Assembly (NCBI GenBank): GCA_965223155.1
Contig: CBDCVR010000014.1
Location: 704,001-768,000 of the forward strand
DNA from: Candidatus Multivoradales bacterium
GTDB taxonomy: Bacteria; Acidobacteriota; Thermoanaerobaculia; Multivoradales; JAHEKO01
Reading direction: 5' to 3'
DNA: 64,000 bases
The position numbers and the translations under genes are program-made. The notes under the pieces are model-generated. The model worked only from the letters and a program-made list of their open reading frames with translations. It searched no databases and was not told the DNA's origin. Positions within the stretch are counted from its first letter, which is position 1; each line of letters opens with the position of its first letter. Positions 9,471 to 20,310 of this stretch are shown in pieces.

Positions 9471-11648
9471 CTAGCCGGTCACGACGATCGGAAGCGACGT
9501 CGTCCGGCTGGTCCCGGAGCCGCCGTCCCGAACGGTGATGTCGAGCGTGTACTGGCCTGCGGCCAGACCCGTCGGAGCGAAGCGCAGCAGCAACCGGTCC
9601 ATGGTGACCGCTTCTGTCGTAGGCCGATCGTCCAGAGCGATCTCGCCGGTGCCGACCTTGGTGCCGTCCAGAGCCCGGACCTCGGAGCTGACCTCCAGCG
9701 GGCCGTCTCCCAGGTTGAACCCGACCAGCGAAACCGGAACGACTTGACCCTGCTGCAGAACCGGTTTGGCGGCCGGTACGAAGGGCGTCTCGCCCAGAAA
9801 GTACGGATAGTCGACGTCGGCCCGGTCCTCGTCCTTTTCGCGGCCCAAGAGCCACTTGCCCGAAGGCTCCGGAAAGAGCGGCGGCAGGACCGCGACCTCG
9901 CCGCCGTCAACGTCCGGGACCCGGACCGTCAGGCGCTCGACGCCGAAGGCCCCGGTGAGGCCGTTGCGCACCAGAACCCGGACGACGTAGTCCCCCGGTT
10001 CGAGCTCGAAGTGGCCCCAGTACTTGAGGCCGCTGTTGCGAATCACGTCTCCGGCCTTGGCCATGTCAAAGCCCAGAATCCGCGAGAAATAGTCTCGGAT
10101 GGTTCCGCTCGAGTCGATGGCGTAGGCGTAGATCTCGGTGGGCAGCACCTCTTCGGAGTGCTCCGCGAGGAGGCTCGTCCCGCCGACTTCGATCAGGACC
10201 GGCACGTAGGACACATGACCCAGATCCATCGGAAACGGGGTGGCCAGAACCGCCGTGTCCACCCCGCCGCCGCTCTCGCCACCCATGATGAGCCCGGCCG
10301 CGCTGACCCGGCGCTCGAACGGGGTCTGCTCGCCGTAGGGCAGCGGCGCGAAGTAGCCGGGCTTGTGCACCAGCTTGGCGCCCTTGAGATTCTTGGCCAG
10401 CCGTACCTTGAGCCGATGGAAGGAACCGTCGAAATCGAGATCCTCGGGCTGAATCGCCAGGACGTAGGTCAGGCTCGTCCGGGTCAGCATCTTGCCCATG
10501 GCCTCGCTCAGATTGTTGAAGTTGCGGTAGAACTCGCCGCCGGTGTTCTCGGCCATCATGTAGAGGCCGTCTTCCCGACGCCGGCCCGCGCCCGAGTCCG
10601 CCGTCGAGCCGCCGATCGCACCACCGGCGCGGAGCCCGCCGGTGTCCACCGCCTGAATCGTGCAGTCGGCCCTCAGGAAAGCCTGCGCCATGAGCTGGAG
10701 GGCGTTCTGGGCCGAGGTGTCGCCGAACCGCGCGTTCGAGTCCACCTCCCAGATCCGGCCCGACATCGCCGCGTCGGTCTGCTGCTGGGCCGACTGCTGC
10801 TCTTCGAGAGTCGAGACTCCGGTGCCCAGCAGCACGGAGCTGTCGAAGCCCTCGGAGAGGAAGACCACGTGCTTGCGTCCGTAGACGCTCTTCATGAGCC
10901 CGGCCAACTCGGCCAGGGACGAGGTCAGCGCGAGCACATCGTTCTTGCGCTCATTGCGCCGGGTGGTGGTGACCATGGATTCGAGGAGCTCGAGAACCTC
11001 GGCCTCGACGTCCGGCCGGCCGCCAGCACCGGCCCCAGCACCGCCACCGGCGGAGGCCTCGCCGGCAGGTGAGAAATCGGACAGCCCGGTGATCATGATG
11101 CCGAGCGGATCCCGGACCTCCTGCACCAACTGCGGCAAACCGAGGGACTCGATCGCGACCCGCAACTGGTACCGGTCGGAGGTGAACCCGAGCGGCATCT
11201 GCAGGCCCTGGGTCGTCGAATAGGTCGCCACGCCGGCAAGATCCGCCGGGTGGAGCCCCCGCTCGGCCAGCTCGATGGCGGCGTGCCTGGCCTTCGCGAT
11301 CGAGTTGGGATCCGACAGAGACATGTCGAAGAGGAAAAGGAAGTGGCGCCGGGCCACGATCGGAATCTCGGCCGCAGGCACCGCCTGCTCGAGCGACAGA
11401 TCGACCTCGTGGAAGCCCACGATGGGGCGCTTCCTGCGCCCTTCGGTGATCTCGAAGTCGGCCGCGGTCAAACCCCGCACCGGCTCGCCGTCCTGGATCA
11501 CCTGCACCGGAATCTCGACCTGGACCACGGTGGTCGTGTCTTCGAAACGATCCTTCTTCTTGCCTCGCTTCTGGGCCTCGGAAGCCGCCGGTGCGAGCAC
11601 CGTCAGAACTCCAAGCGCCGCAAGCGGCATCGCGTATCGTCGTCTCAT
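9471..11648 (-). CDS. Acidobacteria-type VWA-domain protein
   Basis: VRGLTAADFEI, FDMSLS (DxSxS), RKHVVFLSEG, AENTGG and FHRLKV motifs. Signal peptide; AGGAGAGGAG RBS before ATG 11648. Confidence 0.88.
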   Translation of the reverse strand: MRRRYAMPLAALGVLTVLAPAASEAQKRGKKKDRFEDTTTVVQVEIPVQVIQDGEPVRGLTAADFEITEGRRKRPIVGFHEVDLSLEQAVPAAEIPIVARRHFLFLFDMSLSDPNSIAKARHAAIELAERGLHPADLAGVATYSTTQGLQMPLGFTSDRYQLRVAIESLGLPQLVQEVRDPLGIMITGLSDFSPAGEASAGGGAGAGAGGRPDVEAEVLELLESMVTTTRRNERKNDVLALTSSLAELAGLMKSVYGRKHVVFLSEGFDSSVLLGTGVSTLEEQQSAQQQTDAAMSGRIWEVDSNARFGDTSAQNALQLMAQAFLRADCTIQAVDTGGLRAGGAIGGSTADSGAGRRREDGLYMMAENTGGEFYRNFNNLSEAMGKMLTRTSLTYVLAIQPEDLDFDGSFHRLKVRLAKNLKGAKLVHKPGYFAPLPYGEQTPFERRVSAAGLIMGGESGGGVDTAVLATPFPMDLGHVSYVPVLIEVGGTSLLAEHSEEVLPTEIYAYAIDSSGTIRDYFSRILGFDMAKAGDVIRNSGLKYWGHFELEPGDYVVRVLVRNGLTGAFGVERLTVRVPDVDGGEVAVLPPLFPEPSGKWLLGREKDEDRADVDYPYFLGETPFVPAAKPVLQQGQVVPVSLVGFNLGDGPLEVSSEVRALDGTKVGTGEIALDDRPTTEAVTMDRLLLRFAPTGLAAGQYTLDITVRDGGSGTSRTTSLPIVVTG

Positions 11649-11830
11649 GGTGTCTCCTCTCCTGGACTCTATCGGATGCTTGGGGGACGCCTGGGAGGCC
11701 GGGGAGGGCGGCCACGCCACCCTTCCGGTCGAAAACGCAGTGCCGGGTCACTACCACCCGGCACTCGTCCCTCCGGCTGGCGAGTTTCCTTGCAAAGGCG
11801 GGGCCGCAACCACGGCCCCAACGCTTAGAA

Positions 11831-14023
11831 CTAGTCCAGGACGAACGGTATCGAATTCGTCTGGGTGACCCCGCTCACGCGATCGGTCAGCGCGACCCGC
11901 AGCGTGTAGCTGCCGGCGCTCAGTCCCCGCGGCTCGAAGGTCGCCAGAAACTTGTCCAGCCCGTCGATGCCGGTCACCGTGCGCTCGATAACTCCGAACG
12001 GCTGCTCGGCCACGATCTGTCCGTCGGGGTTGACGATCTCGCCGTCGAGCTGAGGCTGTTCGTTGCTGAAGTTGTAGGCCACCAGGCAGACCTGCACACC
12101 TGAGCCCTCCGCGACCGCGGGCAACGCCGCTGGAACGTAGGGCTCGCCGTTGACCGTGAACGGATAGACCACAGACTTCTGGAACTCGGCCTGCTTTTCC
12201 CGGACCAGGAACCAGCGGCCGCTGTCCTCCAGAAAGAACGGCGGCAACAGAATCGGCTCGGCCTCGGCGTACTCCGGCACCTCGAGCTCCACGGTCTGCA
12301 GGCCGGTTCGGCCCGTACGGGCATTGCGCACCAGAACGCGCAAAAGGTAGCTGCCCGGAGCCAGATCCATGTGTCCGTAGTACTTGAGCCCGGTGCTCTC
12401 GAAAGTGGCCCGCTGCCGGCTGACGTCGAGGCTAACCATCTGCGTAAAGAAGTCCTTCATCTCGCCCCGCTCATCGGTGGCATAGGCAAAAAACTCGACC
12501 GGCAGCCGGCCCCCTTCCATGCCTTTGACGAGGTCCTTGCCTCCGACCTCCACGATCACCGGAACGTAGGCCTGCTCCTCGCTGGCACGGAAAGCGGCAG
12601 CAAGCACCTGCATCGGGACGTCGTTGGAGCTCGAGGCTGTGGCGATCGCGTCCGACGCCAACAGGCCCTTCTCCAGAGGATGAAGCTCCTCGTACGGCCG
12701 GGGCGCGTAGTAGCCCTTGCGCGCCGAGACCCGCGAACCCCGTGCGCCGCGCACCTTGATGCGGAGCCGGTGGTAGCGTCCGTCATGGGCCGCATCGGTG
12801 GGCTGAAACGTGAGCAGATAGGTCACCGAAGAGCGCTCCAGGACAGTGTTCAGCTCCTGGGTGAAGTCGTTGGCGTCTTCAAAGAGCTCGCCGCCTGTCT
12901 CATTGGCGACGAAGAAGAGAGCATCCCGCCCTACGGACCGGACTCGTTCCTCATCGGCCCGGTCGGCCCTCAGGCCGGAGATGTCCACAGCCTGGATCAC
13001 GCAGTCGGCACGGCGAAACTCCTCCACCATGAGGTCCATCTGGCTTTGCAGTCCGGTATTGCCGTAGATGTCGTCCGTATCGACCAGAAAGTGGTTGCCC
13101 GTCTGCAGGTTCTGTAAGTCCTGCTGGGTCTCCGCGTCCTGGGCGTCCGGATTGCGCCCGAGCAGCAGGCGGCCATCCCAACCTTCCGAGAAGTAGACGA
13201 CGTGCTTGCGGCCGCGCACGCTGTCGAGATACTTGGCGAGCTCGGCCATCGAGCGCGACCAGGACGAGACTCGCCCGCGGGCGAAGCTCCGCTCCATCTT
13301 GGCCATCTCCTTGGCGATGACCCGGATGTGAGCGACAACGCTTTGCTGAAGCCCGGTGGTCTGCGACTCGTTGGTCAGATCGTTGAGCTCGGAGCTGGCG
13401 ATGGCCTCGATGTCGTCTGGGTTGTCGATGATGAACCGAAGCGGATCCTGACGCGCCAGGTTGAGCAGCCGCGGCGCGCCCAGGGTATCGATCGCGCGGG
13501 CCACCTGCCCACGATCGGGAGTGAAGGTGACGAGAAGCTGGGCGCCCTGCTCCACCGAATGCGTGCCTACCGCCACCAGATCGGTCTCGTGAACCTCGTT
13601 CAGCACGAACTGTCTGGCCGCCTCCCGGGCGCGCATGATCGAGTGGGGTTTCGAAAACGAGAGGTCGAAGAGCAGCAAGAAGTGGCGCCGAGCACTCGCC
13701 GGAACCGCGGTCTCGATCTCGGTCCGGGTCTCCCCTGGCTCCAAGACCTCGAGGTCGATGACCTCGAAGTCTCGGATGTCCTGCTTCTTGCCTTCGTCCA
13801 GAATCTCGAAGTCTTCGGCCGTGAGTCCACGCACCGGCTCGCCGTCGCGACCGACGACGTTGACCGGAATCTGGACCTCGATGACGTCGGTGCGACCCGC
13901 AAAGGAGCGGTCGATCTCGACTGAAGCAACGGAGGATCCGGCGGTGAGGACGGCCAGGCCGGCCAGTGTTAGGCTGGCGGCGAGTGTCGCGGGAACTTTC
14001 CGAGAGCCTCGAATCCTCTTCAC
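11831..14023 (-). CDS. Acidobacteria-type VWA-domain protein (paralog of the neighbour)
   Basis: VRGLTAEDFEI, FDLSFS, RKHVVYFSEG, ANETGG and YHRLRIKV motifs; signal peptide. Confidence 0.88.
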   Translation of the reverse strand: MKRIRGSRKVPATLAASLTLAGLAVLTAGSSVASVEIDRSFAGRTDVIEVQIPVNVVGRDGEPVRGLTAEDFEILDEGKKQDIRDFEVIDLEVLEPGETRTEIETAVPASARRHFLLLFDLSFSKPHSIMRAREAARQFVLNEVHETDLVAVGTHSVEQGAQLLVTFTPDRGQVARAIDTLGAPRLLNLARQDPLRFIIDNPDDIEAIASSELNDLTNESQTTGLQQSVVAHIRVIAKEMAKMERSFARGRVSSWSRSMAELAKYLDSVRGRKHVVYFSEGWDGRLLLGRNPDAQDAETQQDLQNLQTGNHFLVDTDDIYGNTGLQSQMDLMVEEFRRADCVIQAVDISGLRADRADEERVRSVGRDALFFVANETGGELFEDANDFTQELNTVLERSSVTYLLTFQPTDAAHDGRYHRLRIKVRGARGSRVSARKGYYAPRPYEELHPLEKGLLASDAIATASSSNDVPMQVLAAAFRASEEQAYVPVIVEVGGKDLVKGMEGGRLPVEFFAYATDERGEMKDFFTQMVSLDVSRQRATFESTGLKYYGHMDLAPGSYLLRVLVRNARTGRTGLQTVELEVPEYAEAEPILLPPFFLEDSGRWFLVREKQAEFQKSVVYPFTVNGEPYVPAALPAVAEGSGVQVCLVAYNFSNEQPQLDGEIVNPDGQIVAEQPFGVIERTVTGIDGLDKFLATFEPRGLSAGSYTLRVALTDRVSGVTQTNSIPFVLD

Positions 14024-14140
14024 AACCTTCTCCTCTCTGGCGTCGCCTCAGCGGCTCACCGCCGCAGCATCGAGTCGCGACCAGTCGCCGGAATCACGCG
14101 CCCAGGACGAGTGCGGCCCGGGACTTCGCTCTCGAAAGCG

Positions 14141-15562
14141 TCAGTCAGTATACACCTCGGTATTCGGGTAGAACGCGAACCAGCCGAACCAGAAGGCGGT
14201 GTGGCCGGCGATTCGCTCCAACCCTCCTTGCTTGGCCGTCGTCGGCTCGAGAGCGAGCTCGCCGGCGCGCCAGCGCCCCCCCTGCTCGTCCTCCAGGACC
14301 CAGGGTTCGGCGGTGCCGCGAAAGCTCCGCTCGCCGGCGTCGTAGGCGCGCACGGCCCTCGCTTCTTCGGCTGCGACCAGCACGATCTTGCGCCCGCCCA
14401 CTTCGTCCTGGGTGACGCCGCGTTCGAAGAGGCCTGCCAGGGAATAAGCCTTGGCCACCCCCTCGAGGCGCAATGTATAGACCTCGGTGTCGCGCTCGAA
14501 ACGGTCGCTCTTGAGCCAGACCGGAAACGCCACTCCCTGCCGCGCGCGATCGGCGGCACCGGGCAGATACCGAAATCCGAACTTGCGGCCATGACTGGCT
14601 TCGAGCGCCTTGAGATCCAGGACTCGAGTGTCGGGATGGCTCGCCAACCAGTCCTCCCATGTCGTCACCGTCGCGGGCAGAACCTCGAGCTGGATCGGAC
14701 TGTTGGCCAGCCGTCCGAAGACCGGCTCGCCGGTGAGGTTGCTCCACAGACTGTAGGTGGACCGGTCCAGCATGAGCTTGTTGCTCCGGTACAGCAATCC
14801 CGAGGTCTCGAAGATGCGCCGCCCTCCGGAAGGTGTCGACGCGTCGTACAGAATCCCTGAGCCGCACAGGGTACAGAAGCTGAGGGTGACCGGCCGGCCC
14901 GCGATCGTGTCGTTCAGCATCTCGTGCCACGACATGATTCGGTGCGGGTAGGCCCGCGCCTCGCCGTCCACCAGCACGCCGAAAACGCGCTCGTCCGGCT
15001 TGAGATAGCGAGCCTCGGCGCCGGCAAGGGTGGGCGGATCCATCAGAGCCGGGATTCCCGCCAGGCGCACGCCCCCGGAGACCACCTCTTCGAGCCGAAT
15101 CCGGGCCGGCGCTCCCGGGTAGAACACCTTGCGGTACTCGGGGTCGATCTTCTGCAACAGAGCGCTCTTCCACTCCGGATACAGGGGGCCCGGGGTGAGG
15201 TCCTCGCGCCGGCCCACGAACTCGATCCACTCGTAGTAGCCCGAGTGTTCGACCCCGGTCAGCTCTTGAAGCACCGAGAAAATCTGCTTTCGGTTCTGGT
15301 AGGGAACGAAGAAAACCGTATCGACCAGCGCCGGCACCAGGGAAAGATCCGCCGAGCCGGCCAGAGAGCGCGCCGCCTTCTTGCGAACCTTGGCCTCCGG
15401 CGACATCAGGCGCGAAACGCTCCGGTAGAGCTCGCGCCGGGCATCGTCGGCCGCCGGATTGGGCGTTTCGCCAGGTGTCGGATCAGCGCCCGCTGAGACC
15501 GCTCCGTGGACGGCGGCCGCCGTCCACGAGACCAGCGCGAGAGCGGCGAGCGCGCGCTTCAA
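14141..15562 (-). CDS. DUF3179-domain protein (CxxC)
   Basis: GIPAL, ARAYP, WHEMLND, FCTLCGSG, SGLLYRSN, DRST.SLW and FWFGW.AFYP.T motifs; signal peptide. Confidence 0.85.
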   Translation of the reverse strand: MKRALAALALVSWTAAAVHGAVSAGADPTPGETPNPAADDARRELYRSVSRLMSPEAKVRKKAARSLAGSADLSLVPALVDTVFFVPYQNRKQIFSVLQELTGVEHSGYYEWIEFVGRREDLTPGPLYPEWKSALLQKIDPEYRKVFYPGAPARIRLEEVVSGGVRLAGIPALMDPPTLAGAEARYLKPDERVFGVLVDGEARAYPHRIMSWHEMLNDTIAGRPVTLSFCTLCGSGILYDASTPSGGRRIFETSGLLYRSNKLMLDRSTYSLWSNLTGEPVFGRLANSPIQLEVLPATVTTWEDWLASHPDTRVLDLKALEASHGRKFGFRYLPGAADRARQGVAFPVWLKSDRFERDTEVYTLRLEGVAKAYSLAGLFERGVTQDEVGGRKIVLVAAEEARAVRAYDAGERSFRGTAEPWVLEDEQGGRWRAGELALEPTTAKQGGLERIAGHTAFWFGWFAFYPNTEVYTD

Positions 15563-16833
15563 CGCGACGAGTCCGCTCCAGAATCCAACATCGCCGCGTA
15601 GCGGCGAGCCTCGGCATGGGTTGCGTCGAGGCGCAGCGCCCGTTGCAGATGATGCCGGGCTCGATCGAGGCTGCCGGTGGCGACAAAGACCTTGGCCAGG
15701 CCGACGTGAACCTCCGGCACTTCGCTGTCGGTGCGCAAGGCGCGGCGCATGTACTCCAGAGCGGTTCCGGGATCCCCCTCCGCCAGCGCCTGCTCGCCCC
15801 GATAGACGAAGAAAAAGGGATTGGTCTCGTTGACCTGCTCGAGCTCGTCCAGTAGCACCTTGGCCCGGTCCAACTCACCCAGCTCCTGGTAGGTGCGAGC
15901 CAGGTTGCTCATGATCGGCACGCTGGCGGGATGGAGTTCGAGCCCACGCGAGTAGAGCCTGGCAGCGTCGTCCAGCCTCCCCTGGCGCAAGTAGATGATG
16001 CCCAGGTTGTTCACCGCCTTCTCGAAGTCCGGGGCCAGAGCGGTGGCGATTCTGAGATGCGGCTCCGCGCTTGCGACATCGCCCTCCATCAAGGCTTCGG
16101 CGCCCAGGTTGTTGTAGAAGTGGGCCATCGCCGTGAGGTCGTCGATGGGTTTGAAGTCCCTGTAGGCCTTGGCCCGGTACGGCAGGAAGTCGAACGTCGA
16201 CAGGTCGCCGTCGATAGTCATCCCCGCCACGATGTGCCCGCGGCTGACCACCACGCCGTCCTTGTAGTTCCAGCGCTGGTAGTCCTCGACCTCGACGTAA
16301 AAGGGATTGAGGCGCTGCTCGCGGGCGATGCCCACGAACAAGTTGACGAACGACAGGCAGTTGCCCTCGCGGGAAAAGAAGGTGTCGCTGGCGTCCCGGG
16401 TCGGCGTCAGCGAGTACTGGAGATCGAGGCCACTGAAGATGTAGTCGATGATCTCCTCGGTCCTGCGTTTCTCGCTTCCCACTGGGCTCAGGATCTCCGC
16501 GACGGCAAGCCGGGTGGCCTCGTCCAACTGGGAGGGAACCTGGACTTGGTGCCGGAGCTCGGCCGGGACGCGATCGAGAGCCTTCTCGGTGACGTAGCGA
16601 TCGGCGTCGAAGGCCTGGTACTGCGAGCATCCCGCCGGCACCAGCCCAACCAGCGCCAACAGGACCACGAGCCCCCGTCCGGCGCCACGCCGGCTCGAGG
16701 GTCTGGAGAAGTTCAGGTTAGACGACATCCGCAAGAACGGGCCGAGATCAGCGGGATCCATGAGATCGACAGAGAGCCGAGTCGCTCGGTGCCTTCCAAG
16801 GAAAGCAAGATCCAGCCCACGCGTCGAATTCAA
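15559..16833 (-). CDS. Transglutaminase-like/TPR lipoprotein
   Basis: GNCLS, GHI and FDF give a candidate Cys-His-Asp triad, followed by TPRs. Lipobox-like PAGC suggests the real start is downstream (about 16728). Confidence 0.7.
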   Translation of the reverse strand: MNSTRGLDLAFLGRHRATRLSVDLMDPADLGPFLRMSSNLNFSRPSSRRGAGRGLVVLLALVGLVPAGCSQYQAFDADRYVTEKALDRVPAELRHQVQVPSQLDEATRLAVAEILSPVGSEKRRTEEIIDYIFSGLDLQYSLTPTRDASDTFFSREGNCLSFVNLFVGIAREQRLNPFYVEVEDYQRWNYKDGVVVSRGHIVAGMTIDGDLSTFDFLPYRAKAYRDFKPIDDLTAMAHFYNNLGAEALMEGDVASAEPHLRIATALAPDFEKAVNNLGIIYLRQGRLDDAARLYSRGLELHPASVPIMSNLARTYQELGELDRAKVLLDELEQVNETNPFFFVYRGEQALAEGDPGTALEYMRRALRTDSEVPEVHVGLAKVFVATGSLDRARHHLQRALRLDATHAEARRYAAMLDSGADSSR

Positions 16834-17053
16834 ACTACGAAGCCCAAAGCTCCAGGGTTTTCAGGCTCTTCTCGAGACCGCTGCGCCAGACCTCCAAACG
16901 GGATCCAAAACATTGGATCCGCCGCCATCCAAGGCCCCGGACACCCCTGCTGCGACAACCGATTCCGACTACCCGGTTCGTCCCGACAACTTCAATTGTG
17001 ACAGCTACTTAGGCCGCCCCTGGAGGCTATCGAAAAGTTGGCAGTGGCCTTGC

Positions 17054-17083
17054 TTGACCTTGCTGTCGTGACTAGTGTACAGT
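17054..17083 (+). promoter_or_regulatory. Putative sigma70 promoter of the TonB-dependent receptor gene
   Basis: TTGACC-N18-TACAGT in the AT-richer divergent intergenic region. Confidence 0.45.
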
Positions 17084-17237
17084 TCGCCGCATCGAGCCAT
17101 GGGTCCGCGACGGAATCGACTGTGTCGTTTCAGTCGAAGTTTGCCTGTGGCTCTAAGCATAGTGTGTCCGCGGAATTCCCGAACGGCCATGAGGCCAATC
17201 GGGGATTCCAACTAACCACAACCAAGGAGGTTTGTGT

Positions 17238-20204
17238 ATGAGAAACAGCGTCTTACGCAAGCTGATTGTCTTGGGTGTCGTCGCCGTCCTGGGTGCCGCG
17301 GGTTTCGCGGTTGCTCAGGAGGAGACCGGTAACGTTTACGTCGTTGCCAGCGATACCGATGGCAACCGGCTACCGGGCGTGACGACGACTCTGGACTGCG
17401 GCGCTGGCGCCCAGGTCCAGATCACCGACGGTCAGGGGCAAGCTCGCTTCCTGGCGATCGACCCGGGCAATTGTCAGCTGACGCTCCAACTGGATGGCTT
17501 CGGTACCGTTGAGTACCCGGCCGTCAACGTTCGTGTTGCGCGCAACACCAACGTCGAGGCGACGCTTTCCGCCGCCGTGACGGAGACCATCACGGTCACG
17601 TCTGAGAGTCCTCTTCTCGATGAGAAGAAGATCGGCGCGGGTACGACGATCTCGCAGGTCGAGCTGGAGAAGATCCCGACCGCTCGTGATCCCTGGTCGG
17701 TACTTTCCCAGACCCCGGGCGTCATGGTCGATCGCATCAACGTCGGCGGCAACGAAAGTGGCCAGCAGTCGACGTTCACCGGTCCCGGCGTGTCGGACGA
17801 TGAGAACGCCTTCCTCGTGGATGGCGTCGAGATCACCGACATGGCGGCCGTTGGCGCTTCCTCGACCTACTACGACTTCGACCAGTTCACCGAGATGCAG
17901 TTCTCGACGGGTGGCACCGACGTCACCAAGTCGGCGGCCGGCGTTTCGGTCAACCTGGTGACGAAGCGTGGCACCAACGAGTTCCGCGGTTCGGCCCGCA
18001 TCCTGCGCACCGACTCGAACGCGTTCGACGTCTTCACCCAGACGATCAACGTGCTGGAGTCCGGCAACGCGGACCTGGCCGACAACCAGTCGGGCTTCGT
18101 CGGCAACAGCATTCGCCAGATCACGGAATACGGCCTCGAGGCCGGTGGTCCGGTGATGCGCGACAAGCTCTGGTTCTGGGGCTCGTTTGGCAACAACGAC
18201 ATCCGCAACCGCACCGGCGGCCGCACCCTGGCTGACGTCCAGAGCGACGACACCGTGCTCGAGAACACCGCGTTCAAGTTCAACGCGTCGCTTTCGGGCT
18301 CGAACTCGGCTCAGGGTTCGTGGAACAACGGTGACAAGCAGAAGTTCGGCCGGAACGCCAGCCCGACCCGCCCCCAGGCCACGGCCTGGAACCAGCGTGG
18401 TCCCTCGGCGATCATCAAGTTCGAAGACACCCACGTCTTCAGCTCGAACTTCTTCCTCGGCGGCACCTGGGCGAAGGTGGACGGCGGCTTCGGCCTGACC
18501 TGCATCGCCTGCGCCGGCGCCGGCAGCCTCGAGGCCACGCCCGAGACTTCCTGGACCGCCGATGGTGTCTGGCAGAACAGCTTCCTCTCGGGGAACTCGA
18601 GCCGTCCGTCGGAAGAGATCAAGGTTGACGGTAACTACTTCTTCAACACCGGTTCGACCAACCACGAGATCAAGTTCGGCGCTCGCGAGCGCAACTTCGA
18701 GACCGTGAGTAACTTCAACTGGGCCGGCCGCGACATCTTCGTCGTCGACCTCGGCCTGTTCGGCGTTCCGGGTAACACCGAGTACGTGGTCGCCCACCGT
18801 GGCGCGACGCCTCTGATCTCGCAGGACTACACGTCCTTCTGGGCTCAGGACACGATCAGCGCCGGTGACTGGACGGTCAACGTCGGTTTCCGTTGGGATC
18901 AGCAGGAGGGCTTCAACGAGGCCTTCTCGATTCCGGCGAACCCCGCGTTCCCGGATCTGCTTCCGGCTCTGTCGATCAACGGCATCGATCCTGGTTTCGA
19001 CTGGGACACGATCTCGCCGCGTATCGGCGTGACCTACGCTCTGGGTGAGGAGAACAAGACTCTCCTCCGGGCGAGCTTCGCTCAGTTCCCCGAGCAGCTG
19101 TCGACCGGCAACATCCAGCAGGTCAACCCGCTGGGTGACGCCTACGCCTACCTGGTCTACGACGACGCCAATGGCGACCTCGTCTACCAGGAAGGTGAGA
19201 CCATCCTCGGTCTCGACGGTGCCACCAACTTCGATCCGTCGAACCCTGGTTCCACGGTCAGCCCGAACCGGACCGACCCGAATCTGGATCCGTCGATCAC
19301 CGACGAGATCCTGCTTTCGGTCGAGCACGCGTTCCTGCCCGAGTTCGTGGCCGGATTCAACGTCACGCTGCGTAACACCAGCGACCTGCTCTCCGCTGAG
19401 CGCGAGATCATCGTCGATCCGGTTACCGGTCAGACCCGTGTCACCACGGCGGCTGATTTCGTCCAGGACGGCACGGTCAGCGGCACGCTGCCCGATGGCT
19501 CGACCTACAACGAGCCGGTCTTCGCGATCTTCTGTGGCAGTGCCTGCCGTACCGGCGGTTCGCTCCTCGAGAACACCGACCGCGAGGTCGAGTACGAGGG
19601 CTTCGGCGTCAACTTCATCAAGCGCCTGTCCAACCGCTGGATGCTCCGTGGCTACTTCAACTTCGGCGAAGGTGAGTACAGCCTCGGCAACTCCTACGTC
19701 GCGAACTACGACCCGAACAACGGTGAGGGTGGATTCGACGACGCGGGTGGTCTCTTTGCGGTCCAGGCTGCCGGTTCCGGTGCCAAGCAGGACGTGTTCC
19801 TCCAGAGCTCGTACCAGTGGAACCTGAACGGCATGTACCAGGTCGCTCCCGACCGTCCGTGGGGCTTCAACGTCGCGGCCAATCTCTTTGGTCGTGAAGG
19901 CACCCCGCTGCCGTACTACCACCGGGCTCGCCAGTCCGATGGCATCCGGCGCGACATTCAGGTCACGAGCGGTATCGACTCGTTCCGTTCGGACGACGTC
20001 AACACCGTCGACCTGCGGCTCGAGAAGGAGTTCGCAGCGACCGGAAACGTCGGGTTCACGGTCAGCATCGACGCCTTCAACCTGCTGGATGAGAGTTTCG
20101 TCCTGCAGCGGCGTCGTCAGACGAATACTTCGCAGTTCGACTGGGTCACCGAGACCCTGTCGCCGCGGATCTTCCGTCTGGGCGTCCGCCTGAACTGGCG
20201 GTAA
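17238..20204 (+). CDS. TonB-dependent receptor with N-terminal carboxypeptidase-regulatory-like domain (Oar-like)
   Basis: Signal peptide, ETITVT, IPTARDPW, TKRGTNEFRGS, SPRIG.TY and C-terminal PRIFRLGVRLNW. AAGGAGG RBS before ATG 17238. Codon choice (GGT, CGT, TTC, AAC) suggests high expression. Confidence 0.92.
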   Translation: MRNSVLRKLIVLGVVAVLGAAGFAVAQEETGNVYVVASDTDGNRLPGVTTTLDCGAGAQVQITDGQGQARFLAIDPGNCQLTLQLDGFGTVEYPAVNVRVARNTNVEATLSAAVTETITVTSESPLLDEKKIGAGTTISQVELEKIPTARDPWSVLSQTPGVMVDRINVGGNESGQQSTFTGPGVSDDENAFLVDGVEITDMAAVGASSTYYDFDQFTEMQFSTGGTDVTKSAAGVSVNLVTKRGTNEFRGSARILRTDSNAFDVFTQTINVLESGNADLADNQSGFVGNSIRQITEYGLEAGGPVMRDKLWFWGSFGNNDIRNRTGGRTLADVQSDDTVLENTAFKFNASLSGSNSAQGSWNNGDKQKFGRNASPTRPQATAWNQRGPSAIIKFEDTHVFSSNFFLGGTWAKVDGGFGLTCIACAGAGSLEATPETSWTADGVWQNSFLSGNSSRPSEEIKVDGNYFFNTGSTNHEIKFGARERNFETVSNFNWAGRDIFVVDLGLFGVPGNTEYVVAHRGATPLISQDYTSFWAQDTISAGDWTVNVGFRWDQQEGFNEAFSIPANPAFPDLLPALSINGIDPGFDWDTISPRIGVTYALGEENKTLLRASFAQFPEQLSTGNIQQVNPLGDAYAYLVYDDANGDLVYQEGETILGLDGATNFDPSNPGSTVSPNRTDPNLDPSITDEILLSVEHAFLPEFVAGFNVTLRNTSDLLSAEREIIVDPVTGQTRVTTAADFVQDGTVSGTLPDGSTYNEPVFAIFCGSACRTGGSLLENTDREVEYEGFGVNFIKRLSNRWMLRGYFNFGEGEYSLGNSYVANYDPNNGEGGFDDAGGLFAVQAAGSGAKQDVFLQSSYQWNLNGMYQVAPDRPWGFNVAANLFGREGTPLPYYHRARQSDGIRRDIQVTSGIDSFRSDDVNTVDLRLEKEFAATGNVGFTVSIDAFNLLDESFVLQRRRQTNTSQFDWVTETLSPRIFRLGVRLNWR

Positions 20205-20228
20205 GCCGAACCTCAATCTTTGAGGTCC

Positions 20229-20262
20229 AAGGGCCGGGGGGCAACCCCCGGTCCTTTTTTTT
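20229..20262 (+). terminator. Rho-independent terminator
   Basis: AAGGGCCGGGGG-GCAA-CCCCCGGTCC hairpin followed by T8, immediately after the receptor stop codon. Confidence 0.92.
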
Positions 20263-20310
20263 ATGCCGGCGCACCAGAGGCAAGCGCCCGCGCCACGAGG
20301 CCCGGACGTT

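Noticed and set aside
14141-15562. DUF3179 as a selenoprotein
   Set aside because: The redox motif is encoded as plain CTLC with no in-frame TGA.
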